Shown: positions 1 to 10,501, numbered from the stretch's first letter. The stretch: DNA of 36,593 nt from Deinococcales bacterium (GCA_031418155.1 JANOWZ010000261.1:1-36593), one strand, 5' to 3'. The notes: generated by a model from the sequence alone, not told the origin. Program-made: numbers and translations.

Positions 1-518
1 ATTTCGCTGAGCAGTGTCGCTATTTTGATGACCAATTCCCGGTAGCTCGAGGGGCGAAGTTTGATGGTCACGGATTGAGCATGGGTGGGACGGTGTTCGG
101 TGGTCGGGTCGCCGGATGGGGTCGTTTTGTGCGGGATGAACGCCGGATCGAATGAGAGAATGGCCGGTGAGGTTTCGGTACTGATTCGCGCCGAACGTGC
201 ATGCGCCTTGGTGAATGCCGTTGTTAGATCACTCAGATACACCGCATCGAAATCCTCAAACTCGAGCAGGCCATCGGCAATTTCAAAAACCCGAGCCGCC
301 AACTGATAGAACACCTTGCGATCCTCGCGCTTGACCTCGAACAGCAAGCCCAACTCGAGACAGCGTTTGGCGTGATGGTGTACCAGGTTCGCGGCCACTT
401 TGGCGGTCTTTGCCACATCGCTGGGACTGGCGGGTTCGAGAAAGTATCCCAGGAAAGGCACGCTGCGCAAGGCTTTGGCGGCTTCAACGTCTATCACGGT
501 CATGGTGTTTTTTTGCAT
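1..518 (-). CDS. Winged helix-turn-helix (ArsR-like) transcriptional regulator; 3' end runs off the window
   Basis: Not in the ORF track because there is no stop in the window. Manual translation from ATG 518: MQKNTMTVIDVEAAKALRSVPFLGYFLEPASPSDVAKTAKVAANLVHHHAKRCLELGLLFEVKREDRKVFYQLAARVF..., open to position 3. HTH plus wing pattern. CAGACT-N6-ATG leaderless-type start. Confidence 0.75.
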   Translation of the reverse strand, partial: MQKNTMTVIDVEAAKALRSVPFLGYFLEPASPSDVAKTAKVAANLVHHHAKRCLELGLLFEVKREDRKVFYQLAARVFEIADGLLEFEDFDAVYLSDLTTAFTKAHARSARISTETSPAILSFDPAFIPHKTTPSGDPTTEHRPTHAQSVTIKLRPSSYRELVIKIATLLSE

Positions 519-574
519 GGGTTCAGTCTGCAACTTTGTTTTTCAGTGCGCTACGGACAAGACTGAAGTTCGTC

Positions 575-1957
575 TCAACCCTCGAGCAATTTCTTGGCGT
601 GACGCGAGTGTGTCGCCACCAAATCCCGTTCCTCGAGTGTCACCATACGACCCTCGCGCACGATCATGCGCCCGTGAACGACGGTGTAATCGACCCTGGG
701 TGTGGCGCAAAAGACAACCGCTGCGACCGGATCGTGCGAACCGGAAAACTCGAGCCGATTCAGATTGATCGCCATGAAATCCGCGCACTTGCCCACCTCG
801 AGCGATCCAATATCGGAACGTCCAAGCACGCTCGCGCCACCAATCGTGGCGACCTCGAGCGCGGTGCGGGCCGAAAGTTGAGGCCGGGATTTCTGTGCCG
901 GGTCGCGGCGTTGTTCTTCCGCACCCTCGAGCCGTGAGAGCAGCATCGCCTGTCGCGCCTCAAGCAAGAGGTTCGAGGAATCGTTGCTGGCGCTGCCGTC
1001 CACGCCCAGACTGATCTTCACGCCCGCCGCCAGCATTGCGCGTAGCGGCATGATGCCGCTGCCGAGGCGCATGTTGGAGCTTGGGCAGTGTGCTGCGCCG
1101 CAACCGCAACTGGCAAACAAACCGATCTCATGCACGTTGACATGGACCGCGTGCGCGAACCAGACATCAGCCCCCAACCACTCAAGGTCTTCCATCAACT
1201 CAACTGGCCGTTTGCCGAAACGCTCGAGACAGAACTGATTCTCGTTCAAGGTTTCGGCCAGGTGCGTGTGCAAATGCACGCCGTAGGCTCGGGCCAACCG
1301 CGCACTTTCACGCATGGCATCCAGTGTGACCGAGAACGGTGAACACGGTGCGAGCACAATTTGCGTCATTGCACCGTGGCGCGGGTCATGAAACTCTTCG
1401 ATGACTCGTTGCGAATCCTTGAGAATCGCGCGTTCAGATTCGACCAAAGAATCCGGTGGTAAACCGCCCGAAGATTCGCCCAAACTCATCGAACCCCTGG
1501 ACGCATGAAAGCGCAAACCAACCTCGAGTGCGGCATAAATTTGATCGTCCAAACGGCAGCCGTTCGGGAAGATGTAGCCATGATCGCTGGCGGTGGTGCA
1601 ACCAGACAACGCAAGTTCTGTCAGACCAAGTTGCGTGCTCGAACGCATCGCATCCGGTGTCAACCTCGCCCAAATTGGGTAGAGCGTGCGCAACCACGAA
1701 AACAAATCTGCATCCTGCGCGGCGGGCACGGCTCGGGTCAAGGTTTGAAACAAATGGTGGTGCGTGTTCACCAACCCCGGCAATACCACATGATCGCGCA
1801 AATCCAGCACCTCATCGGCGGTGCTTGGCAACCCGCTCGAGGGGCCAACCTGTTCGATCAGCCCATCTCGAATGAACAGGCCCGAATCCTCGCGTTCGCG
1901 GCGTAAGGCATCCATCGTGACCAGCACGCGAGCATTTTTGACGAGCATCGTGGTCAT
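575..1957 (-). CDS. Amidohydrolase, probable 8-oxoguanine deaminase
   Basis: Metal-binding NTHHHLFQTLTRA, PCSPFSV, HTHLAE and GVDGSASND motifs of the 8-oxoguanine deaminase/AtzB subgroup. Confidence 0.85.
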   Translation of the reverse strand: MTTMLVKNARVLVTMDALRREREDSGLFIRDGLIEQVGPSSGLPSTADEVLDLRDHVVLPGLVNTHHHLFQTLTRAVPAAQDADLFSWLRTLYPIWARLTPDAMRSSTQLGLTELALSGCTTASDHGYIFPNGCRLDDQIYAALEVGLRFHASRGSMSLGESSGGLPPDSLVESERAILKDSQRVIEEFHDPRHGAMTQIVLAPCSPFSVTLDAMRESARLARAYGVHLHTHLAETLNENQFCLERFGKRPVELMEDLEWLGADVWFAHAVHVNVHEIGLFASCGCGAAHCPSSNMRLGSGIMPLRAMLAAGVKISLGVDGSASNDSSNLLLEARQAMLLSRLEGAEEQRRDPAQKSRPQLSARTALEVATIGGASVLGRSDIGSLEVGKCADFMAINLNRLEFSGSHDPVAAVVFCATPRVDYTVVHGRMIVREGRMVTLEERDLVATHSRHAKKLLEG

Positions 1958-2066
1958 TGTTTTTAGCTTCGCTCATTGCGATCATGAAAGTCAAAGTGCC
2001 TATCGCCCAGGACACGAAAAACCACCAGAAGGCAAGCCCCTGGCAGTCCTCGAGCGATATTCAACC

Positions 2067-2633
2067 TTAAAAACGTATGACCGTGCCGTACCGAAAAAAG
2101 ACACCCGGACCGGGGTATGGAGCAACGTAAGTTCCGCCTGGGTACGAGTAAGCGGAACTGACCCCCAACTCGTTCAAACTGCTGATGCCAAACTCGAGCC
2201 GATTCCAGATCGGAGGACGGTTTGGTGAATTCCAGAACAAGAACATCGGCGATTCAAGCCCAATGCCGAGCGTGCCGACCACTCGAGCCCACGCCTCCGG
2301 GCTGGGCACGAAACGGTATGAAATGCCAGCAATCGCGTACACACGCCAATCTGGAGTGCTGCGAAAAGCGTAAGCAGCGTTTAACTCGAGCACCTGCGGT
2401 GAGGGCGAAATGCCGAAACGAATGTTGATGTTTGGCGTGATGTCGTAATCCAGCGCCACCGTCAACACCGATGGGTTGAAACCGGCGGTCAAGGATACAC
2501 CGAACTGGTTGACAGGCGTGGGAGCCGGAACAGCAACGGGTGCTGGCGTGGTCGGGGCGGGTTCAGTGGTTTGCGCCAAAGCGGGACGGACGAGCAAACC
2601 GGCGGTCAGAAACAACTGAATCATTCTTTTCAT
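2067..2633 (-). CDS. Secreted hypothetical protein, probable small outer-membrane beta-barrel
   Basis: Signal peptide MKRMIQLFLTAGLLVRPALA, Pro/Thr linker, amphipathic beta-strand pattern, C-terminal Phe (YGTVIRF). TAGCCT-N7-ATG 2633 (alternative GTG 2636). Confidence 0.65.
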   Translation of the reverse strand: MKRMIQLFLTAGLLVRPALAQTTEPAPTTPAPVAVPAPTPVNQFGVSLTAGFNPSVLTVALDYDITPNINIRFGISPSPQVLELNAAYAFRSTPDWRVYAIAGISYRFVPSPEAWARVVGTLGIGLESPMFLFWNSPNRPPIWNRLEFGISSLNELGVSSAYSYPGGTYVAPYPGPGVFFRYGTVIRF

Positions 2634-2719
2634 CACGATCAGGCTACTACGAGAGAAATCAAACTCAAGTAAAATCGCTGCCGGTCACAGGGGCGATTCA
2701 AGTCATGCTCGAAAAACGT

Positions 2720-3283
2720 TCAGGCATCAGGCAAATCCTGGTACAAATCCTGAAGCGGCACACTCAAACCCAACCTCGAGAAGTGCAGACTCGAAGTGGC
2801 TGCCAGCAAATCATGCCGCCAAGTGCCATCGGGTTGCCGCTCAAAGACCTCGGCCAGAGGCGCATCCTGCTCGAGCAAGACGTACACCTCGAGTGCCGGA
2901 ATCGTGCGGTAATTGCGCAACTTCTCGCCACGGTCAATTGCGGCGGTCGATTCGGAAAGCACCTCGATGATGATGCATGGTTGGCGTTTGACCCGAGGGG
3001 TGTCCTGGCTCGAGTCGCAGACCACGAAGACATCCGGGTAGTAGCCGGTCTCGTCCGGGGTGCGGATCAGGACACTTTCGATGAAGGTTCTGCAACCCAC
3101 TGCTCGGGCGGCGGGTCGCAAGAACTCGAGGATGTTCTGCGCAATTTCATTGTGACGGTCCGTTCCACCGGGCATCACAAAGACGTTACCATCCACGAAC
3201 TCGTGGCGTTCCTGGGCATCGATTTCGCGCTCAAGGAATTGCTCGAAGCTGATGGCTGATTGAACCGGGGCATCCCGCAGCAT
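2720..3283 (-). CDS. Uma2 family (PD-(D/E)XK-like) putative endonuclease
   Basis: RHEFVDG..MPGGTDRHN, YYPDVFVVC and IIEVLSESTAAIDRGEKLRNY motifs. TAAACT-N6-ATG. Confidence 0.9.
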   Translation of the reverse strand: MLRDAPVQSAISFEQFLEREIDAQERHEFVDGNVFVMPGGTDRHNEIAQNILEFLRPAARAVGCRTFIESVLIRTPDETGYYPDVFVVCDSSQDTPRVKRQPCIIIEVLSESTAAIDRGEKLRNYRTIPALEVYVLLEQDAPLAEVFERQPDGTWRHDLLAATSSLHFSRLGLSVPLQDLYQDLPDA

Positions 3284-3303
3284 GGAAAAAGTTTACTACA
3301 GTT

Positions 3304-4515
<1,212 letters not shown>

Positions 4516-4644
4516 TCACCCACGGAGTCCGGGGCGCAAGGGGTACGAAAATGCTCGAGCCGTCAGACAATCAGGATGACTGAAAAAAATATCGGCCTGT
4601 GAATTGGTTCGGAAGTACGCTCATCTCGAGCGAGTTTAACATGG

Positions 4645-5103
4645 TCAGGTGAAATCAAACGCGGAACGCACGCCGGTCGCCAAGGCCATGATCTGCCCCT
4701 GCGTGATTTCAACACCCTTATCGAGCCCGGTTGGGCCTTTGAGTCCCTGGAATGCGCTGGTTGTGCGCCCACCAGGTCCAGAATAGTGGATGTAAACCTG
4801 ATCACCTGCGTTGGCCAATTCTGTCACCTTCTTGAACGAGGCGACGATGTTCTCGTTAGTCGGTTGCTTTTCGGGCGGTTCCGGCGATACGGCCTGAGTG
4901 TTGTTGCTGGCGGTGAGCTTGAAGATGTGTTCGTCCGCAAGACCGAGCCTGGATTGCAAAAAGGCTTGAACATGGTTGATGTCGCGCACGCACCCGCCCA
5001 AACTTGGGTAAAAGCCACCATCGGGCATCCTGTTCGGCAAGTAGTGGTCAACGCCGGTCAACAAGGCAAAGAACTGGGAATTTGCAACGACAGCCGCTGA
5101 CAT
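4645..5103 (-). pseudogene. Truncated caspase-family (peptidase C14/metacaspase) N-terminal fragment
   Basis: FALLTGVDHY..SLGGCVRDI..PTNENIV..GDQVYIHYSGPGGR matches the caspase-like fold, but the catalytic His of SGHG is Pro (CCT, 4774-4776) and the ORF stops before any DxC motif. AAGGAG RBS before ATG 5103. Confidence 0.75.
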
Positions 5104-5734
5104 GAGGTGCTCCTTTTCTCGAGATCGGGGGTTCCGATCAACAGCCCTTGCCTGCTGTGCTGCCATCACCTGGGATTGACTTCAGGGTTTCACGCAGCGA
5201 ATGCACTCCAATCAGAACGCCAAAGGGTCACATCCTCGAGATTGGCCTTGGGGAGGTGATTGCGACTGTCACACAAAAGAGAAAGGGATTTTACACCAGC
5301 GATGAATAACCTTTGCGAAATCCTTGAAATTCTTTGTCTGGGAAGTGCTTCTCGGTGGGCAATAAGAAAATCAACGGGCAGAGTGAACAACTGCTGCTAA
5401 ATCAAAAATCTGAATCTCGAGCACTGTTGCAGCTAGTGCCGCGCGGTCTAAGTTCTCCACCTATTTCCGCTTCGCTCCAATCGGTTCCAAACTCGTCCGA
5501 CACGTCACTTTTGGTCACTCGCTCTGCTCGAGAAATGCTCAGGCATTTCTGCCATTTTCCACTAGAGTGCCTCAAGTCGCATTCAGGTTCTTCTGGCTTA
5601 CCTTCTGCCCAAGACAACAGCAGCGTTGAAGGTTGTCTATGAGCCCAAATTATGACCAGGTTTTCGCTTTGGTCGTGCTGGCAGGTCAGGCCGTGTGATG
5701 GTTTTCATAACCACCTACCGTTTAGCCTGATCTT

Positions 5735-5980
5735 CCAGCCAACACCGAGGTTCTTGAGTTAATGCTCGAGAACCTCGGTGTTGAACAGAACGATAGTAGA
5801 CCTCCGGCGAAAGTCCAAACTCGAACAAATTAAGGAAAACGCAACTGGGCATGACAAACCCAAGAGCGCACCCTACAGATTCATTTTCACCACGTTCGCT
5901 GGAGGTCGAGTATTGAAATCCAGGATTTCAACATGCAAGCGCATGATGCGTTCGTCAAAGATTGAAATGGCCTTCAACAA
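5735..5980 (+). ncRNA. Candidate structured non-coding RNA, family unknown
   Basis: TAGCCT -10-like box 5723-5728; 19-bp hairpin 5740-5758/5765-5783; 13-bp helix 5799-5811/5895-5907; 9-bp palindrome 5913-5931. The non-Watson-Crick pairs in both long helices are G-U on the + strand. Confidence 0.45.
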
Positions 5981-5983
5981 CCA

Positions 5984-6970
5984 TTATTTTGCCTGCACTT
6001 TCGGCGTTAAGAAAATGTTTGAGTACAAACTTGAGCGAGGAACCGGAACCGTAATTCGTTTGGTTGCCGTCAGCAAATCCAGCGTGCTTTGCCAACCGTT
6101 TGGATTGCTGAAGCCCAAACCCTCAGCCTTGCTGAACGCGCTCTGGTACAACGGTGTGCTCGCCTCGAGCACCTTCAAACGGTCATCGGTTAGGTTTTGC
6201 ACGAATTTCTTGGCGGCCTCGAATCCCTTTTTCGGATCGTTGATCGTGTTCGCCATCGCCTGTTGTGTCGCACCGAGGAATGCCTTGACCATCTCGCGGT
6301 TCTCGAGGGTTTTCTCCATCGTGATCACGCCATTGCCTGGGGCACGGTTGTACCGGCCCGCCGCAATCACATTCAATTTCAAACCTTGTGCCACGGCTTG
6401 CACCGGCTCGTTGTTGATGAAACCCATCGCCACATCGACCCGTCCAGCCAGCACCGCCTCGAGTTGCGTGAAGCCGATCTCCTCGAGTTTGACATCGGTT
6501 TCTGAAAGCTTGGCCGCCCGCAAGATGGCCTGCATCGAAGTCCAGCTTGTGCCGTACTTACCGGGAATACCGATGGTTTTTCCCTTCAAATCCTTGATCG
6601 TTTTGATGTTCTTGTCTGCCTTGGAGAACAGCGCATTCGGCACAGTTTGGTACATTGCCAGGATGTACTTGAATGGGGTTGCCTTCGCGTCCTTTGCCCG
6701 AAGGAGCACGACATCCTCCGCGTCACCGACCACGAAATCGAGTTTGCCACTGGCGAGCAACGGATACAATTCCTGCGCGTAACCGTGCTGAAATTCTACC
6801 TCGAGCCCTTTTGCTTTGTACAAGCCCTCAACCTCGGCCAGGTAGAACGGCGCGAATTGAACGTCCGGGATGTAACCCAATCCAACCTTGATTTTTTGAG
6901 GACTTTGCGCGAAGGCACTCAGCCCCAACGTGACACAAAAAGCGGTGACGGACAACAATAATTTACGCAT
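5984..6970 (-). CDS. NMT1/THI5-family ABC substrate-binding protein, probable riboflavin-binding RibY-like protein
   Basis: Signal peptide; GYIPDVQFAPFY and LKGKTIGIPGKYG motifs; lies directly downstream of an FMN riboswitch. Confidence 0.85.
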   Translation of the reverse strand: MRKLLLSVTAFCVTLGLSAFAQSPQKIKVGLGYIPDVQFAPFYLAEVEGLYKAKGLEVEFQHGYAQELYPLLASGKLDFVVGDAEDVVLLRAKDAKATPFKYILAMYQTVPNALFSKADKNIKTIKDLKGKTIGIPGKYGTSWTSMQAILRAAKLSETDVKLEEIGFTQLEAVLAGRVDVAMGFINNEPVQAVAQGLKLNVIAAGRYNRAPGNGVITMEKTLENREMVKAFLGATQQAMANTINDPKKGFEAAKKFVQNLTDDRLKVLEASTPLYQSAFSKAEGLGFSNPNGWQSTLDLLTATKRITVPVPRSSLYSNIFLTPKVQAK

Positions 6971-7122
6971 GTGAACTCCTCGAGACCGGAACCTGTTGGG
7001 GTTCCGAGAAAGATGTTTGGCTTGAGTTTTGAGTTTGTTCGAGCCGTGGTGATGTGGACCTCGAGCCAGGAACTTCGTGAATACCTCATGGTTATCGCCC
7101 GGTTTGGGAACCGTGGCTTCTC

Positions 7123-7282
7123 TCCTTCTCTCATCCCGACTGTCCCATTTCTGGAGTCACGGTCGGCCACCGAGTTTCACGGTGTCGGGCTCGAGTGAAT
7201 TGCGTTTGCTCGAGCTTCGCGGGCTTGTGCCGTTTTAAGGCTTTTACCGCCGGTGGGGAATTGCGCCCCGCCCTGAAGGATT
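7123..7282 (-). promoter_or_regulatory. FMN (RFN) riboswitch aptamer
   Basis: Minus strand reads TCCTTCAGGGCGGGGCGCAATTCCCCACCGGCGGTAA...AGCCCGCGA...GACACCGTGAAACTCGGTGGCCGAC...AGTCGGGATGAGAGAAGGA, the RFN consensus with P1 TCCTTC/GAAGGA. Confidence 0.95.
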
Positions 7283-7394
7283 TCATTGTTGGGTGTCAAG
7301 TTTCACTTGCAATGAGACTTTGCTACCCGGCGCAAAGTTTAACAGACTCAAATCTGAGGAATGTCTCGGTGGCGACACTGGCTCGAGAATCACG

Positions 7395-8903
7395 TCAGCG
7401 TTTTCGGTATCGCAACACGGCACGCTCGAGCATGGTGATCAGGCCATACAGAGTGCAGCCAATCACGACCAGCAGCGTCACGGCGGCGTAAGCGGTCGGG
7501 TACTGGAAATTGGTCCGAGCACTGTACACAATGTACCCGAGTCCTCCAGGAAATCCAGACTCTGGTGAGAGTACAAACTCGCTGACCACTGTTCCGATCA
7601 ACGTTAGGGCGACCGTGGAACGAAGGCCGGAGAGGATCACCGGTAATGCTCCGGGAAGCTCGAGCTTACTGAACACGCCCCAAAATCCCGAGCCAATCGT
7701 GGTGAAGACCTCGCGGTAAACCCGATCCACTTCGCGCACACCAACCATTGTGCTGATTAACAGTGGAAAAACCGAGATCAGCGTGGTGATGATTAAACGA
7801 GAACCCGTGCCGTACCCGAACAGAACCACCAAAAGCGGCGCGACGACCACAGTCGGAACGGCCTGAAGCGCAACCACGAAAGGTGAGAATAGGCGCTCGA
7901 GCGTTTTGGATTTGGCGAAGGCGTATCCGAGCGGCAATCCAACCGCCAACGCGACCAGAAGCCCGAGTGAGGCGATGCGCAATGTCTCGAGCGTTCCAGC
8001 CGCCAGCAAAGGTGCTTTCTCGAGCAAGGCATTTGCGACCTCGAGTGGCGTAGGCAATCCGAGTGGAACTTTCGCGGCCAGCAGCGTCCATCCAATAAGT
8101 AAGGCACTGAGGATCAGCAGAACTCCCAGTGCCTCCCAGGGGAATCTGAGCGGTTTAACAGGCGGTTCAATGAACGTCGAATCCGGCATGCCTAACCTCG
8201 AGCGCAATTCAGCCTCGAGCCCGTCCGTGAAGGCGCTCAAACGACCCTCGCCGTGCGTATCCAAAACGGTTTCGATCCGGCCTTCACGCAACACCACGAC
8301 CCGATCTGCCAGGTATACGGCCTCACGGATGCTGTGCGTGATGAAAATAATCGTCTTGCCGGTCTTGTTGTGCAAGCGTTTCATCTCGAGGTTGAAGCGT
8401 TCACGCACCAACGCATCGAGCGCGGCGAACGGTTCGTCAAACAAGATCACCTCAGCATCCTGTGCGAGCGCTCGAGCTATTGCCACACGCGCCCGCATTC
8501 CGCCCGAAAGTTGATGCGGGTACAGGTCGGCGTACTCGAGCATTCCAACCTGTTTGAGCACCGCATCCGGGTCACTCGCGCCCCGGCCCGTCAATTCTCG
8601 AGGCAGCGCGACGTTCTGACGGGCTGTGCGCCACGGCAACAACCGGTAATCCTGAAAAACCACGGCGGCCCGACCACGATGCTCCTCGCCAGCCACAGAC
8701 ACAGAACCGCTCGAGTTCAACAACCCAGCAATCACGCGCAAGAGTGTGCTTTTACCACCGCCCGAAGGTCCAATCACCGCAATGAACTCACCTCGAGCCA
8801 CGCGCAGGTTGACATCGTTCAGCACCGCACGCCCGTCAAAGTTGACGTTGACCCCGGAAAGGTCAATCGCAGTTTCGGACGTGGTTGAGGATCGAGCTGT
8901 CAT
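7395..8903 (-). CDS. Fused NitT/TauT-type ABC ATPase plus permease, probable riboflavin importer subunit (RibX-like)
   Basis: Walker A GPSGGGKST, signature LSGGMRAR, Walker B ILFDEPF, H-loop ITHS, then about 6 TM helices with an EAA-like loop. Start moved to ATG 8903 (TATGCT-N7-ATG) from the track's 8990. Confidence 0.85.
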   Translation of the reverse strand: MTARSSTTSETAIDLSGVNVNFDGRAVLNDVNLRVARGEFIAVIGPSGGGKSTLLRVIAGLLNSSGSVSVAGEEHRGRAAVVFQDYRLLPWRTARQNVALPRELTGRGASDPDAVLKQVGMLEYADLYPHQLSGGMRARVAIARALAQDAEVILFDEPFAALDALVRERFNLEMKRLHNKTGKTIIFITHSIREAVYLADRVVVLREGRIETVLDTHGEGRLSAFTDGLEAELRSRLGMPDSTFIEPPVKPLRFPWEALGVLLILSALLIGWTLLAAKVPLGLPTPLEVANALLEKAPLLAAGTLETLRIASLGLLVALAVGLPLGYAFAKSKTLERLFSPFVVALQAVPTVVVAPLLVVLFGYGTGSRLIITTLISVFPLLISTMVGVREVDRVYREVFTTIGSGFWGVFSKLELPGALPVILSGLRSTVALTLIGTVVSEFVLSPESGFPGGLGYIVYSARTNFQYPTAYAAVTLLVVIGCTLYGLITMLERAVLRYRKR

Positions 8904-9038
8904 TCTGATGAGCATACCGAAGGAAATGCGTCTCGAGCGTGATCGGGACTCCTTACCATTGTGTTGCTGGCTCAACCGTTTTGGGTCCAATCGTGCGACT
9001 TGCGAGGATCAGGCTACGGCAACTCAGCGTTGTAGCGG

Positions 9039-10469
9039 TCAGGCTTGCCTGACCTTCGACTCGAGGTTCGCCAGGATATTCCGTGCCGCCTGCCCAATGA
9101 TCGCGCTGTACGTCGGGTACGCCAGCCGAACGCTCGAGAGCGTCTGCACCGTCGCACTGGATGCCATCGCCAAGGCCAAGCCTTGAATCAACTCGACCGC
9201 GTTTTCACCCGTGGCGTGCGCTCCGATCAATTGCCCCGATTCTCGGGCGACGATCAGTTTCATAAATCCGGCCCGCCGGTTGTCGATGATCGCCCGGTCC
9301 AAATGCTCGTAATGCTCGAGGGTCACGACGATATCGAGGTTCTGCGTTCGGGCTTGCGCTTCGGTCAGGCCGACCCCGGCGTGGTCTGGATCGGTGAAAC
9401 CTCCGCTCGGAAGCAGATCGCGCCGGTAAACTTGCAATCTTCCCAGCACGGCATTCTCGGCGCACAGTCGGCCTTCAAAGTCTGCCCCTTGCACCAACAT
9501 GTCGCGTCCGTTCGCGTCACCTGCCACGAAAATATGCTCGAGGTTTGATTGCAGGTGCTCGTTGATTTTGACGAATCCACGTTCCGTCTCGAGGCCGATC
9601 CGTTCTGCCCCAAGTCCTTCGAGTGCGGCGGGCCAGCCAACGCAGAGGATCACGGCATCACTCTCGAGGTGATGATCGTTCCCGCTTTTGGAGTACGTCA
9701 GTCCATTTCGTTCAATCTGTTTGACGCTCTCGAGTCCCGTGACGACGTGAATTCCTTGATCCTCAAACTTCTTGGCGAGTGTCGAACTCACATCAGCGTC
9801 CGCCCCTGGCAAGATGCCCGGAGCCATCTCGAGCAGCGTTACATCGACCCCGAAAGCGTTCAGAATCGTCGTCACTTGAACGCCGGTGTATCCGCTACCG
9901 ATGATCGCCACCCGTTGTGGCAGCGCCTCGAGCGAGAACAGTTCCTCTGGCGTGATCGCGTGCTCGATGCCGGGAATCGGTGGTCGCCTCGCCTGACCGC
10001 CAATTGCCAGGATGATTTTGTCGCCGCTCAATTCGCGCCCGGTCGCCAGCCGAATCCGATGGCTCGAGACGAATGATGCCTGTCCGCCGAGAAAGAGTTT
10101 GCCGCCGTTTTGTGCCAATTTTGGAACCAGGTTCTTGTTCGCGTTGACATCGCCGATCACTTCTTGAACTCGAGCGACGGTGCGTTTCCAATCGAGCTTC
10201 GGTTCGGAAACCTCGATCCCGTAGGCGGCGGCCCCACGTATATCACGCAGTAACCGGGCGGTGATGGCAAGAACTCGAGTCGGCACGCAACCGGTGTTGG
10301 TGCAGGTTCCACCCGTTCGTTCCCGGTCGATCAACGCAACTTTCGCCCCGAGCGAACTCGCGTGGAGGGCTGCGCTTGCGCCAGCCGGTCCAGCGCCAAT
10401 CACGATCACGTCAAAATCTCGAGCCGTCTGGTCGGTTTGATCTGCACTAACAATGCCTGCCTGATTCAT
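9039..10469 (-). CDS. Flavoprotein pyridine nucleotide-disulfide oxidoreductase (dihydrolipoamide dehydrogenase/MerA-like family)
   Basis: GAGPAG FAD motif, redox-active GGTCTNTGCVP, second Rossmann fold GSGYTG. C-terminal AYPTYS with no HPT His and no MerA Cys pair. TAAGCT-N5-ATG 10469. Confidence 0.85.
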   Translation of the reverse strand: MNQAGIVSADQTDQTARDFDVIVIGAGPAGASAALHASSLGAKVALIDRERTGGTCTNTGCVPTRVLAITARLLRDIRGAAAYGIEVSEPKLDWKRTVARVQEVIGDVNANKNLVPKLAQNGGKLFLGGQASFVSSHRIRLATGRELSGDKIILAIGGQARRPPIPGIEHAITPEELFSLEALPQRVAIIGSGYTGVQVTTILNAFGVDVTLLEMAPGILPGADADVSSTLAKKFEDQGIHVVTGLESVKQIERNGLTYSKSGNDHHLESDAVILCVGWPAALEGLGAERIGLETERGFVKINEHLQSNLEHIFVAGDANGRDMLVQGADFEGRLCAENAVLGRLQVYRRDLLPSGGFTDPDHAGVGLTEAQARTQNLDIVVTLEHYEHLDRAIIDNRRAGFMKLIVARESGQLIGAHATGENAVELIQGLALAMASSATVQTLSSVRLAYPTYSAIIGQAARNILANLESKVRQA

Positions 10470-10501
10470 GCTCGAGCTTACCCAGAACTTGATGCGCGTG
10501 A

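Noticed and set aside
5190-5390. 66-aa minus-strand ORF with a pentapeptide-repeat-like tail (ANLEDVTLWRSDW)
   Set aside because: No clear start signals and only 2-3 degenerate units; could be debris but cannot be supported.
5778-6782. 334-aa plus-strand ORF
   Set aside because: Antisense shadow of the well-supported substrate-binding protein gene; no motifs, and its start lies inside a hairpin arm. Most other overlapping track ORFs were rejected likewise.
9039-10469. Mercuric reductase merA or dihydrolipoamide dehydrogenase lpdA
   Set aside because: No C-terminal Cys-Cys pair or mer context, and no HPTxxE motif or 2-oxoacid dehydrogenase context; left at family level.
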